A DNA stretch of 64,000 nt from an uncultured Gammaproteobacteria bacterium (lineage in GTDB: Bacteria > Patescibacteriota > Patescibacteriia > Magasanikbacterales > GWA2-37-8): the NCBI GenBank assembly GCA_964634875.1, contig CAZWKA010000002.1, forward strand, positions 15,590 to 79,589. Direction: 5' to 3'. The notes under the pieces were generated by a model. It saw only the letters and a program-made list of their open reading frames with translations. It did no database searches and was not told the origin of the DNA. Position numbers and translations under genes: made by a program. Shown piece by piece: positions 17,970 to 26,976 of this stretch (the first letter of the stretch is position 1; every line of letters starts with the position of its first letter).

Positions 17970-19820
17970 TTACTCTAGAACAGCCTTAATACGTCTGACT
18001 CCAGCACTGATTGCTTCTTCTTTAACAATCTTAAACTTACCCATCGTGCCGGTTCGCTCGACGTGCGGACCACCACAGACTTCGCGACTATACGTTGGGT
18101 TGGCAGGATCGGCTGTAGCCATTTCATTTAGATCACCGACGGTATACACTTTCACTTTTTCTTGGTATTTATCTTCAAATAAACCGATTGCCCCTTTGGC
18201 CTTGGCTTCTTCAAAGTTCATTTCTTGCCAGGTCACTTGGTAATCATGAGAAATTGCGCCATTGACCAAGTCTTCAGCGAGCTTAATTTGTTCGGTGGTC
18301 AATTTTTCAGGGTGTGCAAAATCGAAACGCATGCGTTCTTGAGTGATATTACTTCCCCGCTGGGTAGCGTGGGGTCCCAGAATCTTAAGAAGTGTTGCGT
18401 GGAGTAAGTGCGTGGCAGTATGGTACTTGGTCGACATTTCACTGTGATCAGCCAGACCACCGGCGAATTTTTGCTCGGCGCCAACACGGGATTTTTCCTG
18501 ATGCTCTTTAAACGCGGCTTCAAAACCATTTACATCAACGGTTAAGCCGTTCTCAAGCGCCAGCTCCTGCGTCATTTCGAGCGGAAAACCATACGTATCA
18601 TAGAGTTTAAACGCATGTTTTCCAGAAATTTCTTTGATTAGGACACCGGTCTTTTCAAAAGCCATCCGGAATCCTGTAACAAGTTTTTCAAATTCTTTAA
18701 GACCTTGCTCTACAGTGTTGTGGAACTTAGCTTCTTCGCGAGCCATTTCAGTAATGACGAATTCACGGTTACGTTTGAGTTCCGGATAGACCTCACCGTA
18801 AATTTCAATGACGGTTTCGGCAATTGATGAACAGACGTGGTCTTTGATACCAAGAAGGCGGCCATGGCGGACGGCTCGGCGGATGAGGCGACGAACAATA
18901 TAACCCTGGTCAACATTGCTTGGGGCAACACCTTTGTCATCACCCATAATCATGGTTGCCGTACGCAAATGGTCGGCCACAATACGCATGGAACGCGTTA
19001 CCTCTTTATTTTCAATGTATTCTTTACCAGAAACGGTTTGGATCTTCTGGATGATCGCCCACATAGTGTCGATCTGGAAAGCATCAACAAAACCATTTTT
19101 TACAACCAAAGTGCGTTCGAGACCCATGCCTGTATCAACATTTTGCTGCTCAAGCGGTTTGAATGACCCATCTTCGTTTTTAAAATACTGCATGAAGACA
19201 TCGTTCCAAATCTCGAGCCAGCTATCTTCATCGCTGCCAGGGTTACTACTCTCCGGAGGGAATTCACCTTCGCCCATCCAATAGAACATTTCGGTGTCTG
19301 GGCCGCATGGACCAGTTGTGCCTGCCGGACCCCACCAGTTATTTTTTTTCGGTAAATAGGCTATCTTGTGTTCAGGCATGCCGAGCGCTTTCCATTTAGC
19401 AGCGGATTCATCATCACGCGGAGCATCATTGTCCCCTGCAAAAACAGAGACAGCCAGCTTGCGGATATCAATACCAAGGTATTCTTTGCTGGTCAAAAAT
19501 TCAAAGCTCCACTCAATCGCTTCTTGTTTAAAATAATCACCGAGAGACCAGTTCCCCATCATTTCAAAAAAGGTCATGTGGCGACTGTCCCCCACTTCAT
19601 CAATATCCTGGGTGCGGATACATTTCTGGACATTCGTCAGACGGGTGCCTGATGGGTGCTTTGCCCCAAGCAAAAAAGGAACCAGCGGGTGCATGCCTGC
19701 GGTGGTAAACAAAACGGTTGGGTCATTATCCGGGATAACCGAAGCTGAAGCAATGGCGGCGTGGCCTTTGCTTTGAAAAAAAGTAATATATTTTTGACGA
19801 AGTTCCTGGCTCGTGAGCAT
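17970..19820 (-). CDS. alaS: Alanine--tRNA ligase, truncated form (catalytic, tRNA-binding and editing domains; no C-Ala domain)
   Basis: Class II core N-terminus 'LTSQELRQKYITFFQSKGHAAIASASVIPDNDPTVLFTTAGM'. The editing HxxxH motif is 'HTATHLLHATL'. It ends right after the editing domain, at ~616 aa versus ~870 aa typically. Confidence 0.85.
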   Translation of the reverse strand: MLTSQELRQKYITFFQSKGHAAIASASVIPDNDPTVLFTTAGMHPLVPFLLGAKHPSGTRLTNVQKCIRTQDIDEVGDSRHMTFFEMMGNWSLGDYFKQEAIEWSFEFLTSKEYLGIDIRKLAVSVFAGDNDAPRDDESAAKWKALGMPEHKIAYLPKKNNWWGPAGTTGPCGPDTEMFYWMGEGEFPPESSNPGSDEDSWLEIWNDVFMQYFKNEDGSFKPLEQQNVDTGMGLERTLVVKNGFVDAFQIDTMWAIIQKIQTVSGKEYIENKEVTRSMRIVADHLRTATMIMGDDKGVAPSNVDQGYIVRRLIRRAVRHGRLLGIKDHVCSSIAETVIEIYGEVYPELKRNREFVITEMAREEAKFHNTVEQGLKEFEKLVTGFRMAFEKTGVLIKEISGKHAFKLYDTYGFPLEMTQELALENGLTVDVNGFEAAFKEHQEKSRVGAEQKFAGGLADHSEMSTKYHTATHLLHATLLKILGPHATQRGSNITQERMRFDFAHPEKLTTEQIKLAEDLVNGAISHDYQVTWQEMNFEEAKAKGAIGLFEDKYQEKVKVYTVGDLNEMATADPANPTYSREVCGGPHVERTGTMGKFKIVKEEAISAGVRRIKAVLE

Positions 19821-19894
19821 AACAAAACGTAACAAATAATTACTTGGGCTATTCTAACTAAAAAAATCGCTCTTGTCTACGCCCTAAGAAACTG

Positions 19895-19923
19895 TTGACA
19901 AACTCTTATTTCTGCGCTATATT
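19895..19923 (+). promoter_or_regulatory. Sigma70-type promoter (TTGACA-17-TATATT) of cassette 2
   Basis: TTGACA at 19895-19900 and TATATT at 19918-19923. An AAGGAGA Shine-Dalgarno sits 8 nt before the ATG at 19959. Confidence 0.55.
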
Positions 19924-19958
19924 GGCATGTTGCCTTTTGCGCTAAGGAGAACAGAACG

Positions 19959-20369
19959 ATGTTGAAACTCTACATCTCTGCACGACAAATACTTGAAGCC
20001 CTCAAGGAGGGCACGTTCGATTTGGAACAGTCACTCATCATCCTGTGCTCCCCACCCGACAATCCTATCGCTGAACGCGTGGAGAGCTACGTGCAATACG
20101 CTGCTCACCAGAAAACGGACTTCCACAGCATCCTTCGGAGTGCCGAGGAACGTGGCCGACTGGTCGTCTGCCGCGACAGCATCTGGGAAAGTGGTGGGGT
20201 CAACTCGGGACCGTACATGTGGTTCCGGGATGAGCTTGAATGCAGAAACGTGGAGCTGATGTTCAGCTACTTCTTGCAGACCACGGTTACAATATCAAGA
20301 CGCGCTTCGGTCGACTTTCACATCCTCCTCGATCCCCACGCGAACCAGATCGCAATCGTCCAAGACTAA
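19959..20369 (+). CDS. Hypothetical protein (136 aa), high-GC orphan cassette 2
   Basis: Strong Shine-Dalgarno and GC-rich codon usage. A terminator-like hairpin follows at 20384-20446. No known domain. Confidence 0.45.
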   Translation: MLKLYISARQILEALKEGTFDLEQSLIILCSPPDNPIAERVESYVQYAAHQKTDFHSILRSAEERGRLVVCRDSIWESGGVNSGPYMWFRDELECRNVELMFSYFLQTTVTISRRASVDFHILLDPHANQIAIVQD

Positions 20370-20383
20370 CGGCGACACCCCTC

Positions 20384-20446
20384 AAAACACCCGTCACTAG
20401 CCCCACTGTTTGTTAGCAGACAGTAGAGCCAGCGGGTGTTTTTTGT
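20384..20446 (+). terminator. Intrinsic terminator-like structure (aaaacacccg...cgggtgtttttt)
   Basis: Outer 10-bp stem with a structured loop, followed by a T6 run. Confidence 0.45.
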
Positions 20447-20458
20447 AAGCGCACCTAT

Positions 20459-22420
20459 TTAATTTAAGGATTCCTTTTTAAAACTATACGCCTGCCCGCT
20501 TTTTTCTAAACGATACCTAAAGTGTTCGCGATTCTTAACATCAGTCTCAACCAGTGAACCATCGGCATCAAGCGCAAACGTTGGCCTGGTCAGTTCGCTG
20601 AGGCTATTAGGTTCCCGATTATAGACAGTGGTTTTTTCTGCAGTTATCTTCCAAACAGCTGCTTCGCGCTCTAGGACCACATAGTGCCAAACCTCTTTCT
20701 CACCCGATACATCGCTGATGATAACGGACAGTGGATTTTTACCGACCCACTGGCAGAACATTTGACCAGAGCCAAAGTTGTTCTGCACTGAAGCAAAGGA
20801 ACGCAAGTTTATACCATACTGATTTTCAAAGCTGCTGCAATCCATCCCACTCAAACGGTTGGAGCGGATATTCAACCGCATTTGGGTGATTTCAAACTGG
20901 CGATCCTTTTCCTCAGCGTCGTTAATAAGCTGGAATGATGGCAAGCTTTTTTGGCTGGCGAGTTCAGCTGGCAACCACGTTTTTGACCAGTGATATTCTA
21001 CAAAACTATTTCGTTTGGCTAACTGGTCTTCGGCCTTTTTGTACACTTTTCCAAGATGCAGACGATCTTCAATTGAAAGCTCGGGCAATTTATTTTCAAT
21101 CAGTGGCCGCAGCGCACGGATTGCATCAGCCGAAAGCTCGCCCAGATACTTGGCATCAAAATTCTGGCCACCGGCCAAATAGCGGTCAACATTTTTCTTA
21201 GCGATTTGGTAATCAACACTGGACAGTCCCACAACCACCAAACCTGCCAGCCCATAGGCCAAGAGCCCGTGCAACACGTACTTGAATTTTGAACGGACGA
21301 GTACGGCGAGGAAAAATAAACCTGAACCGATGAAAAACCAATATAAAAACCACTCAACATACAGGCGGAGCGTGGTAAAACCATAGACTTCCTGGTATAG
21401 GTTCATGCGGCGAAGCGCCGAAACACCAATCACCACCAACTGCCCAACTAAGATGACCTGTAAAATCCCGAGCAACACTTTGGCTGTAGCCGTGCGCCTA
21501 TAGGCATAATAGCTAAATAAAAGCACGATGCCAGAAATAACCAGAACGGCTACTAATTGGAAAAAACCTTGCCGGGCATACTCGGCGTATGTCAGACCAT
21601 TTTTAAGAACATACTCAGACCCGCCAAACAAATATTTAATTTGGATAAGTGTAAAAATGGCAAATAAAATATCCAAGAGGATAATGACAACAGTTGCAAC
21701 AGTTGCGTCGGGCGCATGAGTGCTCTCAGCGGGCTCAGCTAGTGCGTACTTTTCCTCAAAAATAAAATACAGTAAATTTGAGAGATACCAGGCCATGACA
21801 CTCGTACGGAACAAACGCCAAAAAATAGACGGCTCAGCGTGGAAATTAAAAATATTTTCGAGCCATCCGCTAAACACTGCGTCGGCAGAAGAGAACAAAC
21901 CTGTAAACAACGCGACGAGCGGCAAAGCAATAAGGATGCCCCAGGCAATTTTTTTGTAAACTTCTTTTTCTTCACCTTGCTCCGGACGAAAAATATCACG
22001 GTAGATCTTTAGCGTCTTATCGATTGTTTCATCAAATTTAAAAAAGACGGGAATATTTTTAAAGTAAAATAAATGCCCGTTCCGACGCAACGTAATAACA
22101 ATGGTAAAGAGGAAAAGCAGGACGATACTAAGTGCCACCACACCCTGGGCGGCAAAAAGATTGAGATACAAAAACCCAACTAGGCTAAGGAGTGTAAGCG
22201 GAAGACAAAGGTATACAGCCCAAGGATTTACTTTCGTTTTAGTACGCCACGCTACCACGAATAGCCCGACAACAAACAAAAGATTAAATAAAGCGAGTGA
22301 CAAACCATTTTCCTTGCCCCAAAAAAGCAGGTCATACAAAATAGCCGCGCCACAAGCAAACAAAACTAGTAATAAGCGCTGTTTGCGAACGAGTGTATGG
22401 ACCAAAGCATTTTCCGCCAT
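20459..22420 (-). CDS. Large polytopic membrane protein with a C-terminal soluble domain (hypothetical; DUF4153/DUF4173-like architecture)
   Basis: 653 aa. About 12 TM helices in the first ~400 aa, then a ~230 aa hydrophilic domain. No catalytic motif was recognised. Confidence 0.4.
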   Translation of the reverse strand: MAENALVHTLVRKQRLLLVLFACGAAILYDLLFWGKENGLSLALFNLLFVVGLFVVAWRTKTKVNPWAVYLCLPLTLLSLVGFLYLNLFAAQGVVALSIVLLFLFTIVITLRRNGHLFYFKNIPVFFKFDETIDKTLKIYRDIFRPEQGEEKEVYKKIAWGILIALPLVALFTGLFSSADAVFSGWLENIFNFHAEPSIFWRLFRTSVMAWYLSNLLYFIFEEKYALAEPAESTHAPDATVATVVIILLDILFAIFTLIQIKYLFGGSEYVLKNGLTYAEYARQGFFQLVAVLVISGIVLLFSYYAYRRTATAKVLLGILQVILVGQLVVIGVSALRRMNLYQEVYGFTTLRLYVEWFLYWFFIGSGLFFLAVLVRSKFKYVLHGLLAYGLAGLVVVGLSSVDYQIAKKNVDRYLAGGQNFDAKYLGELSADAIRALRPLIENKLPELSIEDRLHLGKVYKKAEDQLAKRNSFVEYHWSKTWLPAELASQKSLPSFQLINDAEEKDRQFEITQMRLNIRSNRLSGMDCSSFENQYGINLRSFASVQNNFGSGQMFCQWVGKNPLSVIISDVSGEKEVWHYVVLEREAAVWKITAEKTTVYNREPNSLSELTRPTFALDADGSLVETDVKNREHFRYRLEKSGQAYSFKKESLN

Positions 22421-22429
22421 ATATACAGA

Positions 22430-23497
22430 TTACATAATTACACCGCCACCTAGGCACTCGCCTTCTTTGTAAAAAACAGCAAATTGCCCTGGGGTTGGAG
22501 CACGCTCTTTTTTTTCAAAAACCACCAAGTAATCTTTTATAATTTCACAATCTTGAAGCGGTTGCCGATGGCGCAACCGTACTTGGCATTTTAACGGAAG
22601 CGTAGGCAGTTGTCCACTAATCCAATGCATATCGTTCACCGTAATTTCATTTTTATATAATAGCGGGTCAGAATCAAAACCGACCACCAGTTCGTTGGTC
22701 TCAAAATTTTTAGCGACCACAAACAACGGCCGCGTGTCTTCACCTCGCGTGCTCGGAGCTGCTACTCCCAAATTTCTTTGTCCGATAGTGTAGAATGCCA
22801 AACCATCATGTTTACCAACAAAAGTTCCGTCTGACATTACAATTTTACCAGGACTTGGTTTAATCCTGGTTTGCAAAAACTCTTTCATCGGCACCTCACC
22901 AACAAAGCAAATACCCATGCTTTCTTCTTTTTGGGCTACGGGCAGTTTAAATTTTTGAGCGAGCTCTCGGACTTCTGGCTTGGTATATTCACCCACTGGA
23001 AAAAGCGTGCGGGACAACTGAGCTTGGTTTAGTTGATGTAAGAAATACGTCTGATCCTTATTATCATCGATAGCCTGAACAAGGCTAAAAACTCCATTTT
23101 TTTCAGAGACCCTGGCATAGTGTCCAGTAGCTAAATACTCAAAACCAAGTTCTTGAGCCTTATTAAGCCAGAAACCAAACTTAATATATTTGTTGCACAA
23201 AACATCAGGATTTGGCGTACGCCCCGTTTCGTACTCCATAAACATGTAATCGAGCACCTTTGTTTGGTATTCTTTTGTGAAATCAAATTTTAAAATGGGA
23301 ATACCAATAGCTGCCGCTACACGGACTGCATCCTGGTATTCGGGTACCCAGCATGATTCCCCAAAATTATTTTTTCCATCATAATTTACCATGTAGGCCG
23401 CTGTAACAGCGAACCCTTTGGAAACCAAAAGCGCCGCAGCGACCGCTGAATCAACGCCGCCTGATAGAGCTATAAGAATTTTAGCTTTTGTATTCAT
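22430..23497 (-). CDS. mnmA: tRNA-specific 2-thiouridylase MnmA
   Basis: PP-loop 'ILIALSGGVDSAVAA'. Conserved Cys residues and a C-terminal beta-barrel. 355 aa. Confidence 0.9.
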   Translation of the reverse strand: MNTKAKILIALSGGVDSAVAAALLVSKGFAVTAAYMVNYDGKNNFGESCWVPEYQDAVRVAAAIGIPILKFDFTKEYQTKVLDYMFMEYETGRTPNPDVLCNKYIKFGFWLNKAQELGFEYLATGHYARVSEKNGVFSLVQAIDDNKDQTYFLHQLNQAQLSRTLFPVGEYTKPEVRELAQKFKLPVAQKEESMGICFVGEVPMKEFLQTRIKPSPGKIVMSDGTFVGKHDGLAFYTIGQRNLGVAAPSTRGEDTRPLFVVAKNFETNELVVGFDSDPLLYKNEITVNDMHWISGQLPTLPLKCQVRLRHRQPLQDCEIIKDYLVVFEKKERAPTPGQFAVFYKEGECLGGGVIM

Positions 23498-23517
23498 ACA
23501 CCTGTTAATCTCATTAC

Positions 23518-23883
23518 TTGTTGAAAAATTTGGCCGCTATGTTACACTGTATTAGTAGTTTATTTTTAATTTTTGTTATGAATCAAGAAAAAAACGGTGC
23601 GGTGCAAGATGCTTCAAATAAACCCTGGTTTGTTGCTAAATCATATGGCTGGGGATGGACACCAGCAACCTGGCAAGGATGGTTAATTTTAGCAATTTTT
23701 ATAGCAGTTATCGTGCTTAATCTTTTAAGAATTGACGCATACTCTGAGTCAATCAACACCACACTCCTCCATTTTATTCCTCAAACCTTTGTACTTATAG
23801 CGATTTTAATACTTATTTGCTGGAAAAAAGGCGAAAAACCACGTTGGCAATGGGGTGAATCTGATAAAAACAAGAAAATGTAA
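23518..23883 (+). CDS. Small membrane protein (2 TM), hypothetical. An ATG at 23578 is an alternative start.
   Basis: Trp-rich 'WGWTPATWQGW' followed by hydrophobic helices. No homolog was recognised. Confidence 0.35.
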   Translation: MLKNLAAMLHCISSLFLIFVMNQEKNGAVQDASNKPWFVAKSYGWGWTPATWQGWLILAIFIAVIVLNLLRIDAYSESINTTLLHFIPQTFVLIAILILICWKKGEKPRWQWGESDKNKKM

Positions 23884-23926
23884 ATTTTAAAAAACCACTT
23901 AGTCTGTCGCTCAAGGGCGGCACTTA

Positions 23927-23953
23927 AAACCCCGCGCCCAAAGGCGCGGGGTT
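23927..23953. terminator. Bidirectional intrinsic terminator (aaaaccccgcgcccaaaggcgcggggttt)
   Basis: A perfect 11-bp GC-rich stem with a 4-nt loop. It is flanked by A-rich sequence upstream and a short T-run (ttt) downstream, between convergent genes. Confidence 0.7.
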
Positions 23954-23968
23954 TAAGTTCGAGATAGC

Positions 23969-24298
23969 TTAGCTATTGCGACGAGCCTGCATGCAGTCTC
24001 GGCAATAAACTGGCTTGTCACCGGTAGGCTGGAAAGGAAGCTGGGTGATTTGAGTACCACAGCTAGCACAGTTCAAGTTGACACTGTACATTTGGCGAGG
24101 AGCGCGAGGACCGCGGCTCATACCCCCACCCATTCCTCCGGCTCCACCAGTACGATTTTGGCGAAACGTACGGTTACAGTCAGAGCAGTAAACCGGACGA
24201 TCCCCAGAAGGTTGAAAAGGCAATTGTGAGATATGAGCACCACACTGCGAACAGGTGAGGTCAACATCAAACATTTGACGATCAGTACCAAAGGCCAT
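23969..24298 (-). CDS. Tandem zinc-ribbon protein (two CxxC-x17-CxxC repeats joined by a Gly/Met-rich linker)
   Basis: Two internal repeats: 'LTCSQCGAHISQLPFQPSGDRPVYCSDC' and 'LNCASCGTQITQLPFQPTGDKPVYCRDC'. The linker is 'GGAGGMGGGMSRG'. Confidence 0.6.
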   Translation of the reverse strand: MAFGTDRQMFDVDLTCSQCGAHISQLPFQPSGDRPVYCSDCNRTFRQNRTGGAGGMGGGMSRGPRAPRQMYSVNLNCASCGTQITQLPFQPTGDKPVYCRDCMQARRNS

Positions 24299-24457
24299 AG
24301 AGATGTTCTAAGGTTTGTTCCCAAAATGTTTTTTGAGAGCGTATGTATAAATTGTTCGACCCTTTTTTGGGAACTCTATGTTACTTTCGTTGCCCAAATT
24401 ATTAAGTGTAGGATAGCACCAAAAGACGATTTTGTCAAGCTTAGGCTAAAATAGCCC

Positions 24458-24958
24458 TTATCGCTGGACATTTACTGCCGCAGCCCCACCACCATCACAG
24501 GTAATTTGGTTGACGCCAAGTTTCTGAGGGTTAACCAGTTTGTAGCCATAAGCTGGTAAATTGTAGGTGACTGTCCCGATTTTTATCTTATGCGGTTCAT
24601 TATCACGGTTGTCGAGCATAAACACTGTTCCGCGTTTTAAAGTAAGTGTACCAGGGTTACCGGCGCAATTAACAAACTGGAAGTATGCTCCTTTAGACCG
24701 ATACTCATTTAGCGCCTTTTCATAATCGCTTGTTGCGGAAGCAGCCGGCTTAGCAGCTGGCTGTTGCGATGGTTCAACCACAGGTACTTCGCCCGGGGCA
24801 GGTGGAGTTTGGAGTGTTGCTCGCCTAGTACCACTCAAACTCGCAATCGATTCTTCTTGTCGACCCGGCAAATATACCTTCGACCAAAAGACATAACCAA
24901 TAACGAACATAGCTACCAGAGCAAGACCACTAACGAGACGGAGTGTATTTGGTTTCAT
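24458..24958 (-). CDS. Membrane-anchored hypothetical protein (N-terminal TM, Pro/Ala-rich linker, C-terminal beta-rich domain)
   Basis: 'LVSGLALVAMFVIGYVFW' TM helix, then 'PPAPGEVPVVEPSQQPAAKPAASA'. Confidence 0.4.
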   Translation of the reverse strand: MKPNTLRLVSGLALVAMFVIGYVFWSKVYLPGRQEESIASLSGTRRATLQTPPAPGEVPVVEPSQQPAAKPAASATSDYEKALNEYRSKGAYFQFVNCAGNPGTLTLKRGTVFMLDNRDNEPHKIKIGTVTYNLPAYGYKLVNPQKLGVNQITCDGGGAAAVNVQR

Positions 24959-24963
24959 AAAAT

Positions 24964-25317
24964 TTAGTTAGCCTTTTTAAATTTAACCGTAAAAATAGGA
25001 TCGTACGTATTATGATATTCATCCTGAACTTCAATTTGCTCACCTTTCATCATGAGAGATAATGCTGCATCACTGAGGAGGACAAGATCTGACTCCAAGT
25101 CAGTCTTGAAAGCGTCAAGCTGATTAAATTCACTTGTAAACTGAGCTTTGGTATTTTCTTCGATTTGCTTCTTTTTTTCACGAAGCGCTTTCATTTTATC
25201 AACAACTTCCTTATATTCGAGTGATGTTTCAAGAGCATCCTTATACACACTTTTTAAATCTTTTTGTTTTTTTCTATTTTCCTGCATGCGGGAAAAAATT
25301 TCTTGGACATCCACCAT
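24964..25317 (-). CDS. Coiled-coil hypothetical protein (117 aa)
   Basis: Heptad-rich K/E sequence. Co-oriented with, and 5 nt from, the downstream gene. Confidence 0.4.
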   Translation of the reverse strand: MVDVQEIFSRMQENRKKQKDLKSVYKDALETSLEYKEVVDKMKALREKKKQIEENTKAQFTSEFNQLDAFKTDLESDLVLLSDAALSLMMKGEQIEVQDEYHNTYDPIFTVKFKKAN

Positions 25318-25407
25318 AAAGAAGTAATTTTAAGTCTAATTGCCATAGTATAGCATAGATGAAGTAGTCTGCCTACCGAAAAAACCTAGTTATGCACCGA
25401 AAAAACC

Positions 25408-25436
25408 TTGACAAAACGCATGCGAGGTGTAGCTTA
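25408..25436 (+). promoter_or_regulatory. Sigma70-type promoter (TTGACA-16/17-TAGCTT) of cassette 3
   Basis: TTGACAAAAC at 25408. A GGGGTGA Shine-Dalgarno-like element sits before the ATG at 25467. Confidence 0.4.
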
Positions 25437-25466
25437 AGACCAGTCAAATTTTGTTTGGGGTGACCA

Positions 25467-25766
25467 ATGTCTATCGTTGCCGCATTGATGCAAGCGAAAC
25501 TGACCTTGGGCTGTGGAGATCCACAACGTCCGACTCCACATGCTCGCTGCAGCAACCTGAAAGTTGTTGATCGGGCACGGCTCATTACCGAGCACGATTC
25601 TGACGAGGTCAGAGAAGCAAAACTGCAGCTCATCGAACAAGCCCGCGAACCAGACGCGCTCTTCCTGCTCTGCAAGTGCGGGCACTACCGCGCGATGGGG
25701 ACCGTAGTCGACATGCTCATTGGTCTTCGTCAGAAAAACTTCCCAGCCGGGGAACCCAGTGACTAA
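25467..25766 (+). CDS. Hypothetical protein (99 aa), high-GC orphan cassette 3
   Basis: GC-rich codons. Followed by a perfect 11-bp hairpin terminator at 25791-25826. Confidence 0.4.
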   Translation: MSIVAALMQAKLTLGCGDPQRPTPHARCSNLKVVDRARLITEHDSDEVREAKLQLIEQAREPDALFLLCKCGHYRAMGTVVDMLIGLRQKNFPAGEPSD

Positions 25767-25790
25767 AGGCCTACCCCGCCAAACCCGCAA

Positions 25791-25826
25791 GGGAGCGCTG
25801 CATCGCAGCGCTCCCTATTCATTTTT
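25791..25826 (+). terminator. Intrinsic terminator (gggagcgctgcatcgcagcgctccc followed by a T-run)
   Basis: A perfect 11-bp stem with a 3-nt loop, then 'tattcattttt'. Confidence 0.7.
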
Positions 25827-26832
25827 AAAGCGAATATCCATTTTCCACAATGATCTTCTCTACATGACCAGCATTTTCCGCTTCCATCAATTTCACCCGT
25901 AATTCTTTTGCTCCATCAAAACCATTCACATACGCCTTGTAATGTTTCTTCATAATCGCAAAACCCTTTTTATCACCCAATATTTTTTCAAATAAATGCG
26001 TATGCTCAACGAGCACGCGCATTTTTTCTTCTGGAGTAATTACCTGGTAATCGCGCTCACGATTAAACAGCCACGGGTTACCAAAAATTCCCCGGCCGAT
26101 CATCACACCATCGCAGCCAGTTTCCGCAACGCGTTGGCGAGCTTCAGTCAAATCTTTGACATCACCATTTCCCAGGATCAATGTTTTATCAGGCGATGCA
26201 TCATACTTATCCCGAATGGCGACCGCCCTGCCTATCTCCTCCCAGTGAGCCGGAACTGCTGACATCTCTTTTTTAGTACGGGCATGAATGGTGATCGCGG
26301 CAGGCTCTGCTTCGAGTAAGTTTGGCAGCCAGGTATCAAGGACATTTTTGTTATATCCCAGGCGGGTTTTGACCGAGACAGGCAGCTTCCCTGCTCCACG
26401 TTTGGTGGCCGCAATTATTTCTTGGGCAAGCTTGGGGTGTTCAATAAGCGCTGCACCAGAACATTGTTTGCCACTAATACTTTTTTCCGGGCAGCCCATG
26501 TTAATATCAATACCATCAAAGCCGAGCTCCTGGATCAAGAGCGCTGTCTCATAATAATTTTCTGGTTTGGAACCAAATACCTGAGCCACAATCGGCCGTT
26601 CAGATTCATCAAAAATAAAATCAGTCAAGAGCTCGGCACGACCGGGCGAGCAAAGGCCGTCGCACGAGACAAACTCCGTCCAGATGACGTCAGGTTTACC
26701 GTATTTGGCAATAACACGCCGAAAAGCAGCGTCCGTGACATTAGCCATGGGCGCGAGGACGAAAATAGGTTTGGGAAGATTTTTCCAAAAACCGGAAATC
26801 ATAAATAGTGTTCTGTTATAAATTTTTCTCAT
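25825..26832 (-). CDS. dus: tRNA-dihydrouridine synthase
   Basis: 'VLAPMANVTDAAFRRV', a TIM-barrel FMN-binding motif, and a conserved Cys ('GCP'). Confidence 0.88.
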   Translation of the reverse strand: MRKIYNRTLFMISGFWKNLPKPIFVLAPMANVTDAAFRRVIAKYGKPDVIWTEFVSCDGLCSPGRAELLTDFIFDESERPIVAQVFGSKPENYYETALLIQELGFDGIDINMGCPEKSISGKQCSGAALIEHPKLAQEIIAATKRGAGKLPVSVKTRLGYNKNVLDTWLPNLLEAEPAAITIHARTKKEMSAVPAHWEEIGRAVAIRDKYDASPDKTLILGNGDVKDLTEARQRVAETGCDGVMIGRGIFGNPWLFNRERDYQVITPEEKMRVLVEHTHLFEKILGDKKGFAIMKKHYKAYVNGFDGAKELRVKLMEAENAGHVEKIIVENGYSL

Positions 26833-26976
26833 CCTAACGTCTTAGGCCAGCGCTGTCAATTGTGATTCTTACCGAAGCCACGAATGGCACTACTGCTTGG
26901 CACCGACCTTGTTTGTTACATTTTTAGATTAGTGATAGTATACCGGTGTTTTAAAGGAGCTTGTATCTGTTTTTTT

